Shown here in pieces: positions 1-8,619 of a stretch of 64,000 nt of DNA; within the stretch, counting starts at the first letter, position 1; the number at the start of each line of letters is the position of its first letter. The stretch lies in IMG/VR virus record IMGVR_UViG_3300025098_005131; one strand, 5' to 3'. The translations under genes and the position numbers were made by a program. Below the pieces are notes generated by a model. That model had not been told where the DNA came from. It made no database searches and worked only from the letters and a program-made list of their open reading frames with translations. Source of the DNA: a virus (taxonomy: Duplodnaviria; Caudoviricetes).

Positions 1-27
1 TCCTTTAGATGTCATTGTTTCCTTTCC

Positions 28-120
28 TTACGTTAAATATTGACAAATTCCTGGAATAGTAAATGTTATAAAGTATATTATAGCTAAATAAATTGGTGCG
101 TTTTCGCATTCGTTTTTCAT
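28..120 (-). CDS. small hydrophobic protein, 30 aa (not in ORF track)
   Basis: MKNECENAPIYLAIIYFITFTIPGICQYLT*; GAGGTG RBS before ATG; followed by another RBS+ATG at 15 (MTSKG..., truncated by the window edge). Confidence 0.55.
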   Translation of the reverse strand: MKNECENAPIYLAIIYFITFTIPGICQYLT

Positions 121-170
121 AGTAATCACCTCTTATTTTATGAGGTAATTATATACAATGTGATCAAAGT

Positions 171-347
171 TTATAAAAATGTTATGTTTTTATTTGACAT
201 TACTAAAATGTTATTGTTTAATAAGATTCTAAACCACTTAAGTCTATCTGTTGTTACATTATTGTATTCATCTATTACTAAGCACGGAGCACCTTTATAA
301 TTACCGCTATTGATAATACCTAACCTGTTTCTTGTTTTGCGTTTCAT
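171..347 (-). CDS. small hypothetical protein, 58 aa, possible SH3/KOW-like (not in ORF track)
   Basis: MKRKTRNRLGIINSGNYKGAPCLVIDEYNNVTTDRLKWFRILLNNNILVMSNKNITFL*; fills the intergenic gap. Confidence 0.55.
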   Translation of the reverse strand: MKRKTRNRLGIINSGNYKGAPCLVIDEYNNVTTDRLKWFRILLNNNILVMSNKNITFL

Positions 348-371
348 AGGTTTCGCTTCGTCAAATCTGCT
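345..371. repeat. 27-bp imperfect direct repeat, copy 1
   Basis: cataggtttcgcttcgtcaaatctgct; 23/27 identical to 1910-1936, last 15 bp exact. Confidence 0.7.
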
Positions 372-377
372 TCTAAT

Positions 378-1001
378 CTACTTGACAAAAAGAAAAGATA
401 TCATGATAATAAGAAGAACCCACATGAGATTGTTATCACGACTTTGATTACAGCTTTCATGGCTTTCGTTAATATTAGGTCTTTCTTGTCTTTTAGCAGT
501 TATTTTGTTTTTATTGTCATGATTTATAATGTTATTACTATCACTAATTACTAAATCAAGTTCAGCACACGTGCTGCCCCATTGCGTAGGACAGCCATCA
601 TCAACATTTAAAATGCCGTCGCCATCACTGTCATCATCACAGCCGTCTCCCCAATCATCGCCGTCCATATCTTCTTGCATTGGATTATAATACTCAAGGC
701 AATTATCACACATATCACCAGTGTTATCGCCATCCATGTCTAATTGATCTGGGTTAGGATAACGCATGCAATTATCATAAGGATCTTCAACACCATCATC
801 ATCATAATCATCAGCATTCTGATGAGAATCGCCTAAATCTGTGTTTGCTATTAACACTGATCCTTTTCCGCCACCTCCGCCGCCGCTTTGATTAGGCGTA
901 CCACATTGTTCAAAATTGTTATCGCATTCATAACTTTGACCCCATGATATATTGTTCATGAAAACAAAGAAAGACAAACAGAGGCCAAAATAAAACCTCA
1001 T
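378..1001 (-). CDS. secreted thrombospondin type-3 repeat protein with MYXO-CTERM-like C-terminal anchor (true start 1001, 207 aa)
   Basis: signal peptide MRFYFGLCLSFFVFMNNISWG; repeats DxDDDGVEDPYDNC, DMDGDNTGDMCDNC, DSDGDGILNVDDGCP; tail SC...LMWVLLIIMISFLFVK; AAGGA RBS overlaps the upstream stop. Confidence 0.8.
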   Translation of the reverse strand: MRFYFGLCLSFFVFMNNISWGQSYECDNNFEQCGTPNQSGGGGGGKGSVLIANTDLGDSHQNADDYDDDGVEDPYDNCMRYPNPDQLDMDGDNTGDMCDNCLEYYNPMQEDMDGDDWGDGCDDDSDGDGILNVDDGCPTQWGSTCAELDLVISDSNNIINHDNKNKITAKRQERPNINESHESCNQSRDNNLMWVLLIIMISFLFVK

Positions 1002-1002
1002 T

Positions 1003-1842
1003 CTAATTTCCTTTGACAAGGTGAATCCACCCAGGTAAATAAGCACTTCCATTTGAAGTAAAGACTGCATTCTCAAAAGCTTTTTTCGAATACTTTGTAA
1101 CACCGTTATAGTTGCCTGATGTGTATCCGCACTTAAAACAACCATCCCATTTACCAGCTGGATCATTAACATAATAATACTGACTATCATATCCTCTAAC
1201 AACCAAGACATGACCGTAAGACGTAAAATAGCCGTGGACAATCGCAATGTAACCTTGAGATAATGCTGAAGTTAGATCTTCTGGTGATGCATTAGTATAT
1301 GTATTGATTTTACTTGTTGCCGCGTAACTGCTATATACATAGTTCAGACCTGATGGCGATTGTGCCATGTCTTTGCCCCATCTAGAAAATATTTCGTCTG
1401 GGTGAATGCTGTATTGGAAGTGACTCAAAACCATTGCAACAGATGTATTCTGGCATGTTGAAGACGGATGATTTCTATTATCATATTGATTGTAATACGG
1501 CAGTTCAGAAGTCTGATTATTTTGAGTTTCTATTGATTCTTGAACATCTTCTTGTTGAATCCATAAGTTTTCCGGAATTGAGTCTTGACTACATAAAGTA
1601 TACGCATCGCCTTCTTTTACACATGCGCAAGGACCTTCAATACAGTCGTATTGTTTTTCCTGAATATTGTAAGATACTGCATAACTAGAATAAATACATT
1701 GTGTATTACAAGTTGCTCCAACGTGCTTAACTTCAGAATACGACTTACTTCTAAAATCTGATTCGTAACCTTGGTAACCTGTCAACTCATCTGAACAGTT
1801 TAATGCTAACAATGAAAAAAGTAAAACCAATTTTTGTTTCAT
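1003..1842 (-). CDS. putative lipoprotein with peptidase C39-like domain (true start 1842)
   Basis: MKQKLVLLFSLLALNC signal/lipobox-like; YYNQ...TCQNTSVAMVL (Cys), GHVLVVRGYD (His), VNDP (Asp); AGGAG RBS. Confidence 0.75.
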   Translation of the reverse strand: MKQKLVLLFSLLALNCSDELTGYQGYESDFRSKSYSEVKHVGATCNTQCIYSSYAVSYNIQEKQYDCIEGPCACVKEGDAYTLCSQDSIPENLWIQQEDVQESIETQNNQTSELPYYNQYDNRNHPSSTCQNTSVAMVLSHFQYSIHPDEIFSRWGKDMAQSPSGLNYVYSSYAATSKINTYTNASPEDLTSALSQGYIAIVHGYFTSYGHVLVVRGYDSQYYYVNDPAGKWDGCFKCGYTSGNYNGVTKYSKKAFENAVFTSNGSAYLPGWIHLVKGN

Positions 1843-1909
1843 AATATCTCCTATGTAGTTATAGTATAAATATATTCTATAATTTATAAATCTAATGTGC
1901 CTTGCCGTG

Positions 1910-1936
1910 CATACGCTTTGATTCGTCAAATCTGCT
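1910..1936. repeat. 27-bp imperfect direct repeat, copy 2
   Basis: catacgctttgattcgtcaaatctgct; see 345-371. Confidence 0.7.
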
Positions 1937-1953
1937 ATTCTTTTTGCAGATAC

Positions 1954-1980
1954 AAAAAAACCAGCAATGAGCTGGTTTTA
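1954..1980 (-). terminator. intrinsic terminator downstream of 2005..2361
   Basis: minus strand AAAACCAGC-TCATT-GCTGGTTTTTTT: GC stem plus U tract. Confidence 0.75.
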
Positions 1981-2004
1981 GACATGACTTAGTTTTTTTT
2001 GTTA

Positions 2005-2361
2005 TCAATAAAAGTCTCTAGGTAAGATAGCGTCTAATGACTCTGGGGCACATGTGTTTTCAAGACACCTTCTAAATGTTACAACATCCTTTTCAGACTC
2101 ATCTAACAGAGATTGTGCAGCATTCTCAATTTGTTTTCTTGTCATAGCGTCAGAGATCATCCAAGATGAACACATTTGCGAAAAAATGTCAAGAAATGGA
2201 TGCTCTTCTGCAGAGCTTGCATGATCAAAATCTTTATGTCTTGGGTCATGTGTATCTTGAAATTCTGGCAAGCCAGGATCTGCTGTTATGTCGAGGTCGC
2301 CTATGTTTTCTGCGATAACGCTTCTGATAATGTTTCTTAGTTTACTTTCAGTAATTTTCAT
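2005..2361 (-). CDS. hypothetical protein with MKITExxLRxIIRSVIxE leader (probable virion internal protein)
   Basis: leader nearly identical to 55003..55419; GGAG RBS. Confidence 0.7.
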   Translation of the reverse strand: MKITESKLRNIIRSVIAENIGDLDITADPGLPEFQDTHDPRHKDFDHASSAEEHPFLDIFSQMCSSWMISDAMTRKQIENAAQSLLDESEKDVVTFRRCLENTCAPESLDAILPRDFY

Positions 2362-2412
2362 ACTAACTCCAGACTTTAAATGTATATAGTATATATATAT
2401 ATAAAAATCTTA

Positions 2413-2616
2413 TTATCTTATTAACTTTAGAGAATTAATAGAAACAACATCAATAGAGCCATCGTTAAACATGACTTCGTATCTTTGTGGCATTTCTAGA
2501 TTATCATCATGTATATTGAATGACAATTTGAGCTTTTTAACTACTAAAACTGTATGCCCTCTAAAATCGCAAAGCTTACCAGTTAAACTTTTATTTGTTT
2601 TAAAATTTTCTTTCAT
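2413..2616 (-). CDS. small beta-barrel (SH3/KOW-like) hypothetical protein
   Basis: 67 aa, GHTVLVV...YEVMFNDGSIDVVSINSLKLI pattern. Confidence 0.55.
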   Translation of the reverse strand: MKENFKTNKSLTGKLCDFRGHTVLVVKKLKLSFNIHDDNLEMPQRYEVMFNDGSIDVVSINSLKLIR

Positions 2617-3892
2617 TACCGTGAATAACCTTTATAACTGGAAATCTTAAAGAGTATTCTCCTAATTGGTTTTTAGATTCTTCAAAGTACTGAACTGTAA
2701 TTGTTTTTCCTAGTATATCATGAGGATTTTTAAACAAGAGTTTACGTTGATCTATTGTAAATCCGCTGCCAACTCTAACAGTGTTTCCTTTATGCTCAAT
2801 GGCTACTCCACTCAACATTTCTTCTTCTACTTCTACTCCTTCTTTAATATATCTAAGAGGACCAAAAAAAGTTTCTATCACCTTATATTCAGAATCGTAA
2901 AAAGTTTTCACCTTCAAGATATCATTAGATCTTTTACCTTGATAAGGAACGTTCTTTCTTAACATTAAACCTTCCCACCCCCTTTTAGAGGCTGTTATTG
3001 TTAGATCATCTAGCTCTTTAAAAGAAGATACCGGAGATTGTTCAAGAAAATTAATTAAATTGTTTTGTTTTCCCAGCATTATATTCTGTAATGCGTTTAT
3101 TCTTTGCGTAAAAAGACCAGTTTCTCCGGATCCTTTAGAAAACATTCTGTAAGGAATAAAGTCAAAGATCTGAAATAGACCGTTTTGGATTGTATGATCT
3201 TTTCTTCCGATTTCTTTCATTATACTTTGAAAGTCTTCATTACCTTCTTCGTCTACGATACACATTTCGCCATCATAAACGACGTTTTTAACACCTAGTT
3301 CTTCAATTTCTTTTTCAACCAAGGATAATGTATGAAATTGTTTTCCTGATCTTGCAAAAGATTTTGCTTTTCCTTTGTCGTCCACAATAATAAGGCAGCG
3401 AACACCATCGAGTTTTCTTGATACATACCAAACATTTTTTTCAAAATCAACTTTCTTCTTTGTTTTTTCATCATACTTATTTGCTAATGCAACATTAAAA
3501 GTAGGAATAAGACCCGGTAAAGCTTTATTAATAATTTTAACTGAGGCTCTAATTTTTAGGTTTCTATCTAGGACTAGATATAGTAAGTCCTTAATCTCAG
3601 GATTACAATAGACATACCCGTTAATTTCTTTTATTGCTCTATGTCCTGTAATTAGTCTTTGATTTAAAGACTCAAGCAACTGAAACATGGAGTCAAATTT
3701 GGTATAATCCTGAGTTATGTCAGGCCTTTTTTCTAAAAGCTTTGTTGTAACATAATACTGAAGAAAATTATTGTAAGTGTAATACAGTACTTTTCTCACG
3801 TTTTTACTTGCTGTTAGAATAGTTTTAACTTTATCGTTAGATGAAGTAGACTTATTCATCTCTTCTAGAAAAGCGTTGACTTCATTAATCAT
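2600..3892 (-). CDS. ATP-dependent DNA ligase (T4 gp30-like)
   Basis: motif I RKLDGVRC, III YDGEM, IIIa FQIFD, IV EGLMLR, V LKVK, OB domain VRVGSGF...SLRFPV. Confidence 0.95.
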   Translation of the reverse strand: MINEVNAFLEEMNKSTSSNDKVKTILTASKNVRKVLYYTYNNFLQYYVTTKLLEKRPDITQDYTKFDSMFQLLESLNQRLITGHRAIKEINGYVYCNPEIKDLLYLVLDRNLKIRASVKIINKALPGLIPTFNVALANKYDEKTKKKVDFEKNVWYVSRKLDGVRCLIIVDDKGKAKSFARSGKQFHTLSLVEKEIEELGVKNVVYDGEMCIVDEEGNEDFQSIMKEIGRKDHTIQNGLFQIFDFIPYRMFSKGSGETGLFTQRINALQNIMLGKQNNLINFLEQSPVSSFKELDDLTITASKRGWEGLMLRKNVPYQGKRSNDILKVKTFYDSEYKVIETFFGPLRYIKEGVEVEEEMLSGVAIEHKGNTVRVGSGFTIDQRKLLFKNPHDILGKTITVQYFEESKNQLGEYSLRFPVIKVIHGNERKF

Positions 3893-4085
3893 AAAAAGCT
3901 CCTATAGTTTTAATTGCTAAAACGTAAAAAGATAAAAAAATAAGAAGCTCAACGATAATAAACATGCAAATTGCTATATTAAACGCGAGCTTCTTGTCTT
4001 CAAAAAGGTCTTTGTTATGTTGTGTAGTATCGTAATACAAAAAAGCATTAAAGACCAAGATTAAAATTATACCAGCATAAATCAT
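3885..4085 (-). CDS. small two-TM membrane protein
   Basis: two hydrophobic segments in 66 aa. Confidence 0.6.
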   Translation of the reverse strand: MIYAGIILILVFNAFLYYDTTQHNKDLFEDKKLAFNIAICMFIIVELLIFLSFYVLAIKTIGAFYD

Positions 4086-4086
4086 G

Positions 4087-4320
4087 TTACTCTATGTAAT
4101 ACAAATCAGTTTCAGCTGATATTGCAAGTGCTTCTAAAAACAACCTTGATTTATAAGGAATACGTTTGTTTTCCTTTCGACAGCTATCATAGACTACTTC
4201 AACTCTTCTTAATGCATCTTGCGGTGATGAAGACTTAAGAGCATATGCAACGATACTTGTCTCGTATTCTCCTAAACCATTCTTGTCAATAGTAATCTTA
4301 AATCTATTCTTTTTTCTCAT
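4087..4320 (-). CDS. hypothetical protein
   Basis: 77 aa ORF, operonic spacing, AGGT RBS. Confidence 0.6.
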   Translation of the reverse strand: MRKKNRFKITIDKNGLGEYETSIVAYALKSSSPQDALRRVEVVYDSCRKENKRIPYKSRLFLEALAISAETDLYYIE

Positions 4321-4331
4321 TGTCTTACCTA

Positions 4332-4496
4332 TTAGTTTGTATAAAGCCGAGCTGCGGTTTGTGCCTTATCTTGTGTCTTGTACTTACCTACAAATGTCCA
4401 ACCACTGGACCATCTGTTTTCAGCTTTATGATAAAGTTTAAAAACATTGTTTTCTTTAGTAATTTTAAATGTTTCTGTATTTATACTATATAACAT
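4332..4496 (-). CDS. small hypothetical protein, 54 aa (not in ORF track)
   Basis: MLYSINTETFKITKENNVFKLYHKAENRWSSGWTFVGKYKTQDKAQTAARLYTN*; AGGA RBS. Confidence 0.6.
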   Translation of the reverse strand: MLYSINTETFKITKENNVFKLYHKAENRWSSGWTFVGKYKTQDKAQTAARLYTN

Positions 4497-4515
4497 AATT
4501 TTCCTGTTTATAAAT

Positions 4516-5802
4516 TTATTTAATGTTAATTACGATGTCTGTTTGATCTGCATCAAACATTAGATTACAGCCAGTAGCTAATACCCAACATCTTTTAAGA
4601 CCTCTAGATATTGAAGGTTTTGGAGCACCACCATCAGTTAAAACAATATAACCATCAAACTTTTTCCTGTTTTTGATTGCATGTTTTGTAACCGATTCAA
4701 AACTTGTTCCGCCTGTGAGTGTTCTTTGCATGTCGGGTCTCGTGTTCTTCTTCCAAAGAAAAGATGATTTTTCATCTACGACATGATCAAACTTATATAC
4801 ATAAAAGTCTGTCCTATTTGATAAATTATCTAACTCTGAATAGAACTTCATTAGCTCTTGGTTTGAAACAGATCCACTTTCGTCAATATAAACAGCAATC
4901 ATAGGCTTGTAAACTTTCTTAAAACCTGCATGAATACCTGGATATTTTCTATTAAGCTTTCTAACTGATGATCTTCTATCATCTCTTCTTGTAAATCCAC
5001 AAAATCTTTTTAGTAATGATTCCCATTTAATTTCGTTAGAAAGCATCTTCATAATTTCTTGACGCATTTCTGAAGATACAGATCCCCAGTTTCTATTATT
5101 AGCTTCTTCTGCAGCCTCTTTTACTATTTCTTTAATTTTACCGGAGATCATTTCTCTTTCAGCTTCAGATATTTCGTCCCAGCCTTCATGATCATCAAAG
5201 CCTAAACTTATCATTTTTTCTTGATCTTCGAGAAAATCCTTGACATCATTATCACTCATTAACTTTTCAAAATAATATTCAGAAGTCTTATTAATAGGCA
5301 TACTTTCGATAAGACTAGAAAGCTTCATAAAAGTTTTTAACTCTTTGTCAGACATCTGTTCTTTTTGATCCGAAGAAATTTTTAAAGCAAAGCCTGGAAT
5401 TAGTCCTCCTTCTGGCAGTTCATTTCTTGGTATGGTAGAATTGATTGCCAAGTCTGTGCCATAGTTCCAAATAATATGAGGATCGCGTCTTCTCTCTGTT
5501 GTATGACCAAACACTAGATGTAGACACTCATGCTTTAGCAATCCACCAATATGTTTCTTAGGGAGACCTGCTAAAAACTCTCTGTTCCACCATAAAGTAA
5601 TTTCTGACTCGTGCGTAGAAACACCAGCAGTTGGTATTGCTATTGACTCGATCTTGTTTAGTGATCTTAAAATCCTGCTATAAAAGGGTTCATTCCAAAG
5701 AAAATCAACTAGATGACTAGTTAGTTCAAAGTTATCAATGTTTTCTTGTGATACCTTGTTTTTCTTTAGTATGCTGTTATTATTTTCTTTTTTGTTTCCC
5801 AT
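4516..5802 (-). CDS. metallopeptidase-like plus vWA domain protein (partner of MoxR AAA+ ATPase)
   Basis: HECLH (HExxH), DLAINS, MIDAS-like DESGS...GGT...VLTDG. Confidence 0.85.
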   Translation of the reverse strand: MGNKKENNNSILKKNKVSQENIDNFELTSHLVDFLWNEPFYSRILRSLNKIESIAIPTAGVSTHESEITLWWNREFLAGLPKKHIGGLLKHECLHLVFGHTTERRRDPHIIWNYGTDLAINSTIPRNELPEGGLIPGFALKISSDQKEQMSDKELKTFMKLSSLIESMPINKTSEYYFEKLMSDNDVKDFLEDQEKMISLGFDDHEGWDEISEAEREMISGKIKEIVKEAAEEANNRNWGSVSSEMRQEIMKMLSNEIKWESLLKRFCGFTRRDDRRSSVRKLNRKYPGIHAGFKKVYKPMIAVYIDESGSVSNQELMKFYSELDNLSNRTDFYVYKFDHVVDEKSSFLWKKNTRPDMQRTLTGGTSFESVTKHAIKNRKKFDGYIVLTDGGAPKPSISRGLKRCWVLATGCNLMFDADQTDIVINIK

Positions 5803-5841
5803 AAAAAATATCCTTTATGAATCTTAAATGCCTTATAGTTT

Positions 5842-5871
5842 ATTATAACACAAAGATAATCTTGAATACAC
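5842..5871 (-). promoter_or_regulatory. phage promoter GTGTAT-N18-TATAAT
   Basis: copy of the recurring motif, upstream of the vWA gene. Confidence 0.65.
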
Positions 5872-5891
5872 TTAAGTGATGACTAGGTGTT

Positions 5892-6974
5892 TTACTTACC
5901 TAATATGTCTCTATTGTTGTTTACAATCTCAACTACATATTGGCCAACTTCTTTATGGAAGTTCTGAATTGTTTTTATGTTTTTCCCTTTAGTAATACAA
6001 GACCAGAAGTGAATCATCATTTCTTCGGAAATAGACTTACCTAACTTAGCTGCGTTCTTAGCTTGTGAAACTGTCCAGTCATTTGTAGCACCATGTTCAC
6101 CTAATCTTTCAATTAAAGAATTGATTCTATCGTTAGACATTGCTTCAATCTTTTCTTTACATTTTGCAAATGATCTAAGAAGCTCTTCAGGTGTTACTAC
6201 AACTTCGTATTTTTTAACAAAATCAGTAAATTCAATTGCTGCCTCATTACCAATGAAACCAATTGCTGTGTTATAGATGTCAAACGTATCTCTATCTTCC
6301 ATGAGTATAGTATTAGTATGTTTTAAAACCTCGTCAAATCTTGCCCAAGAAGCAGGAGTTGGAAATACCTGTCCTGGTTTGACCTTGTTGAGGTTAACAA
6401 AAAGATGTGATTTTCTTGTCTTAAGAAATTCTAAAATCATTGGGTCAACATTTTTAGATTTAGCCCATGTCATCCAGTCATTTTTTGAAGGTTCAATATC
6501 AATAGTCCAAAATCGTCTTAAAAGAGCTGGGTCCATTTCATTAACATCATATTCATTACCATGATTAACTGCTGCAATAATTCTGGTTTCTGGATGAATG
6601 TTATAAGCATTTCCTTCTTCATCATTACCAAGACAGCGATCCAATACAATTTGGAAAAATGATTGTTGTACAGCAGGTAAACCTCGATTTAATTCATCTA
6701 AAAACAAAACAACTGGTTCTTTGCAGGCTCTAACAAACCATGAAGGCATACAAAACGTCATTACACCTTTTGATTTCATGCCTTCGATATCAGGATAGCC
6801 TTGAACATCACCTTCAGACATAATAGATGCTCGAACATCAATAAGAGGTAGTGAAACGTCTCCAGCAATTTGATTTGCTAGTGCAGACTTTCCAATACCA
6901 GTTCCACCTCGCATAAGAATTGAAATGTGTGGAGGGAGATTAGGAGCTACTTTAAGAAAATTATTAATATTCAA
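5892..6974 (-). CDS. MoxR-like AAA+ ATPase
   Basis: Walker A GGTGIGKS, Walker B LFLDELNR, AAVN, MDPALLRRF, PTPASW. Confidence 0.9.
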   Translation of the reverse strand: MNINNFLKVAPNLPPHISILMRGGTGIGKSALANQIAGDVSLPLIDVRASIMSEGDVQGYPDIEGMKSKGVMTFCMPSWFVRACKEPVVLFLDELNRGLPAVQQSFFQIVLDRCLGNDEEGNAYNIHPETRIIAAVNHGNEYDVNEMDPALLRRFWTIDIEPSKNDWMTWAKSKNVDPMILEFLKTRKSHLFVNLNKVKPGQVFPTPASWARFDEVLKHTNTILMEDRDTFDIYNTAIGFIGNEAAIEFTDFVKKYEVVVTPEELLRSFAKCKEKIEAMSNDRINSLIERLGEHGATNDWTVSQAKNAAKLGKSISEEMMIHFWSCITKGKNIKTIQNFHKEVGQYVVEIVNNNRDILGK

Positions 6975-7020
6975 TTTAAATTCCTTTTAAAATGAAGTTG
7001 TTTGTTATTGATTATACTTT

Positions 7021-7050
7021 ATTATAATTTATTATTAATCTTAATTACAC
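7021..7050 (-). promoter_or_regulatory. phage promoter GTGTAA-N18-TATAAT
   Basis: part of a 53-bp block (7008-7060) 48/53 identical to 8180-8232. Confidence 0.75.
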
Positions 7051-7058
7051 TTTAGAGT

Positions 7059-7394
7059 TTATAATTTGTATTGAATAACTAAAATCAAAACGCTGAGAGC
7101 AGTACAAAGTGCTGTTTTAAACGTAAAAGGTGTTTCACCTAAACACATGTAAGTTAAAATTGGATAGACAAGGTAAGATAGACCAAAAAACATAAATCTT
7201 GCAGACCAAACTGAACCATTAAAGTTGTTAACAAAATAAGTCCAAGCATAAAGATACCCGTATGCAATAGGAAGACTAAATAGGATAATGATCCAGTCTT
7301 GTTTATCTTTATAAACATCATCGATAAACTGCAAGTTCTGTTGCAAAAATGTTAATGTTGCAGCAAAAATATAAGCTGCTAAAGCATATGCCAT
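7059..7394 (-). CDS. small four-TM membrane protein (DMT/SMR-like size and topology)
   Basis: four hydrophobic helices in 111 aa. Confidence 0.6.
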   Translation of the reverse strand: MAYALAAYIFAATLTFLQQNLQFIDDVYKDKQDWIIILFSLPIAYGYLYAWTYFVNNFNGSVWSARFMFFGLSYLVYPILTYMCLGETPFTFKTALCTALSVLILVIQYKL

Positions 7395-7397
7395 ATA

Positions 7398-8147
7398 TTA
7401 TTTAGACCCCACTCGAGCTACTTCGTTAAAACCTTCTTTCTTAAGATCTAAGAAGAAAGTCCAACCAGCTCCGCCAAAACGATTCTTAATCGTTTCTAGA
7501 ACACGTAAACCTTTAAAGTCTTCATCTTTCTTTTCAATAGAAAGGTGTAACATTGCGTCAACCATATGCTTTAACTTTTGCGAGCCAGCCATATTACCAC
7601 TTTTATTAACCTGTCCGATACAGATAACATTAATATAATGCTCTTTAGCATAGTCAGTAAGCATTTGAAGAGACCTTACAGCAGACTGACTGTTTGTATT
7701 TTCTTCTCCATACTTACCATCATTAAGTGTTTGTAAAGAGTCAACAATGAGAAAAAACGGTTTGTTTCCTGACTTCTTTCGAAGCATATCACATTGTTTA
7801 AGAAGCCTTGGAACATATGATTCTTGCCCGGCAATAAATCCGCTTGATAGTTCTAGTCTTTCACACGTAAGCTTTACTTGATACAAGCTTTCTTCAGCAG
7901 TATTAAATAAACATGTATATCCTTGAGATGTTAAAGCGTTAGCAAGTGTAAGCATGAGTGTAGTTTTACCAGCGCCTGGTTCTCCGGTAAACAACGAAAT
8001 CGTAGAAGGAGTAAAGCCTTCACCCCCAAAAGCTGCGTCAATGTAGTCAACGCCACACGGATTTCTCTCTCTTAGTTTCCTAGGAACGCTAATGTCGAGA
8101 ATGTTTGTGCCAAAAACAATACCGTCGTTTTTTACTTTAAGTTTCAT
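7398..8147 (-). CDS. radA: RadA/Sms-like recombination ATPase, core domain only
   Basis: GEPGAGKTTL, AEESLYQV, VDSLQTL, QVNKSGNMAGSQKLKHMVDA, KNRFG; no Zn finger or Lon-like domain. Confidence 0.85.
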   Translation of the reverse strand: MKLKVKNDGIVFGTNILDISVPRKLRERNPCGVDYIDAAFGGEGFTPSTISLFTGEPGAGKTTLMLTLANALTSQGYTCLFNTAEESLYQVKLTCERLELSSGFIAGQESYVPRLLKQCDMLRKKSGNKPFFLIVDSLQTLNDGKYGEENTNSQSAVRSLQMLTDYAKEHYINVICIGQVNKSGNMAGSQKLKHMVDAMLHLSIEKKDEDFKGLRVLETIKNRFGGAGWTFFLDLKKEGFNEVARVGSK

Positions 8148-8192
8148 TATTTAATAATCCTTTAAAAAGTGATTGTTGATTGATTATACTTA

Positions 8193-8222
8193 ATTATATT
8201 TTATTGTTGATCTTAATTACAC
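8193..8222 (-). promoter_or_regulatory. phage promoter GTGTAA-N18-TATAAT
   Basis: upstream of radA-like gene; near-identical to 7008-7060. Confidence 0.75.
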
Positions 8223-8230
8223 TTAAGAGT

Positions 8231-8569
8231 TTAAATCTGGCGTATATATCTACCATCAAACTGCTTAACTGCACCTTTAACTAGCACAAAGAAGCAGTTT
8301 TTCTCAACTCTTCTTGAAAAATATTCAAAATCAGAAACAATTAAACCTATGGACTTTTCAGTGCTGAAGTCTACTTCAACTAACTGATTAGGCTTAAACG
8401 AATATCTGATTATTTTTTTTACTTTTGCAAAATTTTCATCCTTAACAACTCTTTGCGTAGATACTTGCCTTGTTTGCTTCGACGCTTGCCTAGCAGCTTT
8501 TAAACTGTTCGGGTTAGTGTTTTGCATCTTTGATTTAAGCTCTTTAAGCTGTTTTCTAGATAATGACAT
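8231..8569 (-). CDS. hypothetical protein, basic N-terminus plus SH3/KOW-like C-terminus
   Basis: FKPNQLVEV...IGLIV...FFVLVKGAVKQFDGRYIRQI. Confidence 0.6.
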   Translation of the reverse strand: MSLSRKQLKELKSKMQNTNPNSLKAARQASKQTRQVSTQRVVKDENFAKVKKIIRYSFKPNQLVEVDFSTEKSIGLIVSDFEYFSRRVEKNCFFVLVKGAVKQFDGRYIRQI

Positions 8570-8590
8570 AACAGTCTCCTTTATATAATT

Positions 8591-8619
8591 ATTATATAAA
8601 CTTTTTAAAACAATTACAC
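8591..8619 (-). promoter_or_regulatory. phage promoter GTGTAA-N17-TATAAT
   Basis: upstream of 8569. Confidence 0.7.

Noticed and set aside
120-137. placeholder-free note: RBS-sequestering hairpin upstream of the 30-aa ORF (about 122-151)
   Set aside because: An 8-bp stem with a G-U pair in AT-rich DNA can arise by chance; no supporting context
1002-1247. Track N-terminal extensions of 378..1247, 1003..1929, 15537..18527, 31873..32661 and 51976..52566
   Set aside because: They overlap neighbouring genes or promoters; downstream ATGs with RBS and signal/leader sequences (1001, 1842, 15765, 32625, 51991) fit better
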